From: Marsupella aquatica
Lineage: Eukaryota; Plantae; Marchantiophyta
DNA: 64,000 bases
NCBI GenBank assembly: GCA_973895155.1
Contig: OZ316894.1
Location: 23,496,709 to 23,560,708, forward strand
Direction of reading: 5' to 3'
Translations under genes and position numbers: made by a program
The notes under the pieces: model-generated
What the model was told of the DNA's origin: nothing
Seen by the model: only the letters and a program-made list of their open reading frames with translations
Database searches by the model: none
Shown: positions 62,811 through 64,000 of the stretch, piece after piece
Numbering within the stretch: position 1 is the stretch's first letter
How the letters are laid out: every line of letters begins with the position of its first letter

Positions 62811-64000
62811 ATGAAGTGAGGACCTGGAAGAAACTGAGCCGTAATGGAATGCCATCTTGAGTAGTGCGAAACGTTCATCAGTATGTACATGTGGGGTTTA
62901 TCCCCCTATGGTAGCTCTGGCTTCAGATCGTGTGTTTTATTCTTAACTTGTGTAATCAACACTGTCAAGAGATATATGCTATAATGATTTTGAGGAATCT
63001 TTGGATGTCTGCTTCCAAGCTGGATGATCTTCAGTTCCTGACTGCTTAGGTCATGTTTATCGATGAGAATTATCTTAGCAGAATTCACTTCAAAATAAAA
63101 TTTAAACTTATCGGATTTTTAAGTCAGTCGGACGGTCTGAGTTGTGTCGCACTAAGCTGTTGCCGTGCAAGCTCCGTGTTTTTTGTCAACCGCCTAACTT
63201 GCAGAGTCACTTTTTTTTCCTTTGTCGTGGCATTTGACGCTGAGGAACTTGTAACTATTTGTTCTCAAGAGTCACTTAACTCGGAGATAGAAGTAGTGTC
63301 TCTAGAAAATTGTAAAGTAGCAGAGTTTGCAGTTCTGAACAAGTTCCATTTGAGGGTGATATGATGAGCGATTGGTGTCTGTTGACGTTTGGCAGCCGAG
63401 CTTAAATCGAGGAACGCCGCAAATTAGTTTAGGGTATGCAAAGACAATATCTGCAGATTTTGTTCTGGGTTTTAAGCAGGCGGGCAGAACCCAGAAGTTC
63501 ATTTGTCACTGACGACACATAGTGAATAAGTGCAAAGGGAGGGTCTTTATTTTATGCATATTTACACCTTGCACTTTTTGTAAGTGCATATAGGTCGTCA
63601 CTAGACAAACAAATACATAAGTGCAAACCATGGATTAAACACATGCACACTAGAACAAAGGTACAGGAATGTTACATTTGTTGATAAGAGGATGCGATTC
63701 CTATTTCCTATATCTATACAGAGTAATAATATGCTCTATCTATTCAGTAGTGCTGCTGTAAGGCAAGAGGTTAGGGGCATGTTTGGTGTACGTGGACACT
63801 CTGGGTAAGGCAAGGGTATGAGGTTGGGGTGAGGTATGTCTCGTGTTAGTGGAAACTCTTGCTCAAAGACTAGAACCAACCAAACCAAAAGCAGATACTT
63901 GTGGGTCTCTTGTTGCTGTTTTTGTCTAATAATTAACGTGATTCAGAATATCCATCCAGATCAAGATTAAGCATCAAAGTATGTTTCTAGATTCTGGCAC

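Overview
AT-rich, repeat-laden eukaryotic genomic DNA from a land plant, with GT-AG spliceosomal introns and plant gene families (a non-seed plant such as a liverwort is plausible, but this is inference). I reconstructed six multi-exon protein genes by hand: three paralogous hotdog-fold acyl-CoA thioesterases of the DHNAT/MenI type (15092-17005 minus, 22109-24117 plus, 28167-30017 plus), a GPI-anchored blue-copper phytocyanin (33639-34856), an isoflavone-reductase/PCBER/PLR-like NmrA reductase (46578-49573) and FKBP20-1 (61241-62810). The intergenic space holds many mobile-element relics. The most striking is a three-level nest at 5447-10201: a small TIR element, interrupted by a 4.2-kb TG...CA solo-LTR-like unit that carries a TATA box and one decayed ~845-codon ORF, itself interrupted by a 334-bp insertion. 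Other highlights are the stepwise active-site and targeting divergence of the three thioesterases, a roughly 10-fold excess of the palindrome CTACNGTAG (possible Tc1/mariner excision footprints), an orphan ABRE/TATA promoter followed by a hairpin, and a 68-codon uORF upstream of FKBP20-1. Exon boundaries were read by eye and no database search was run.
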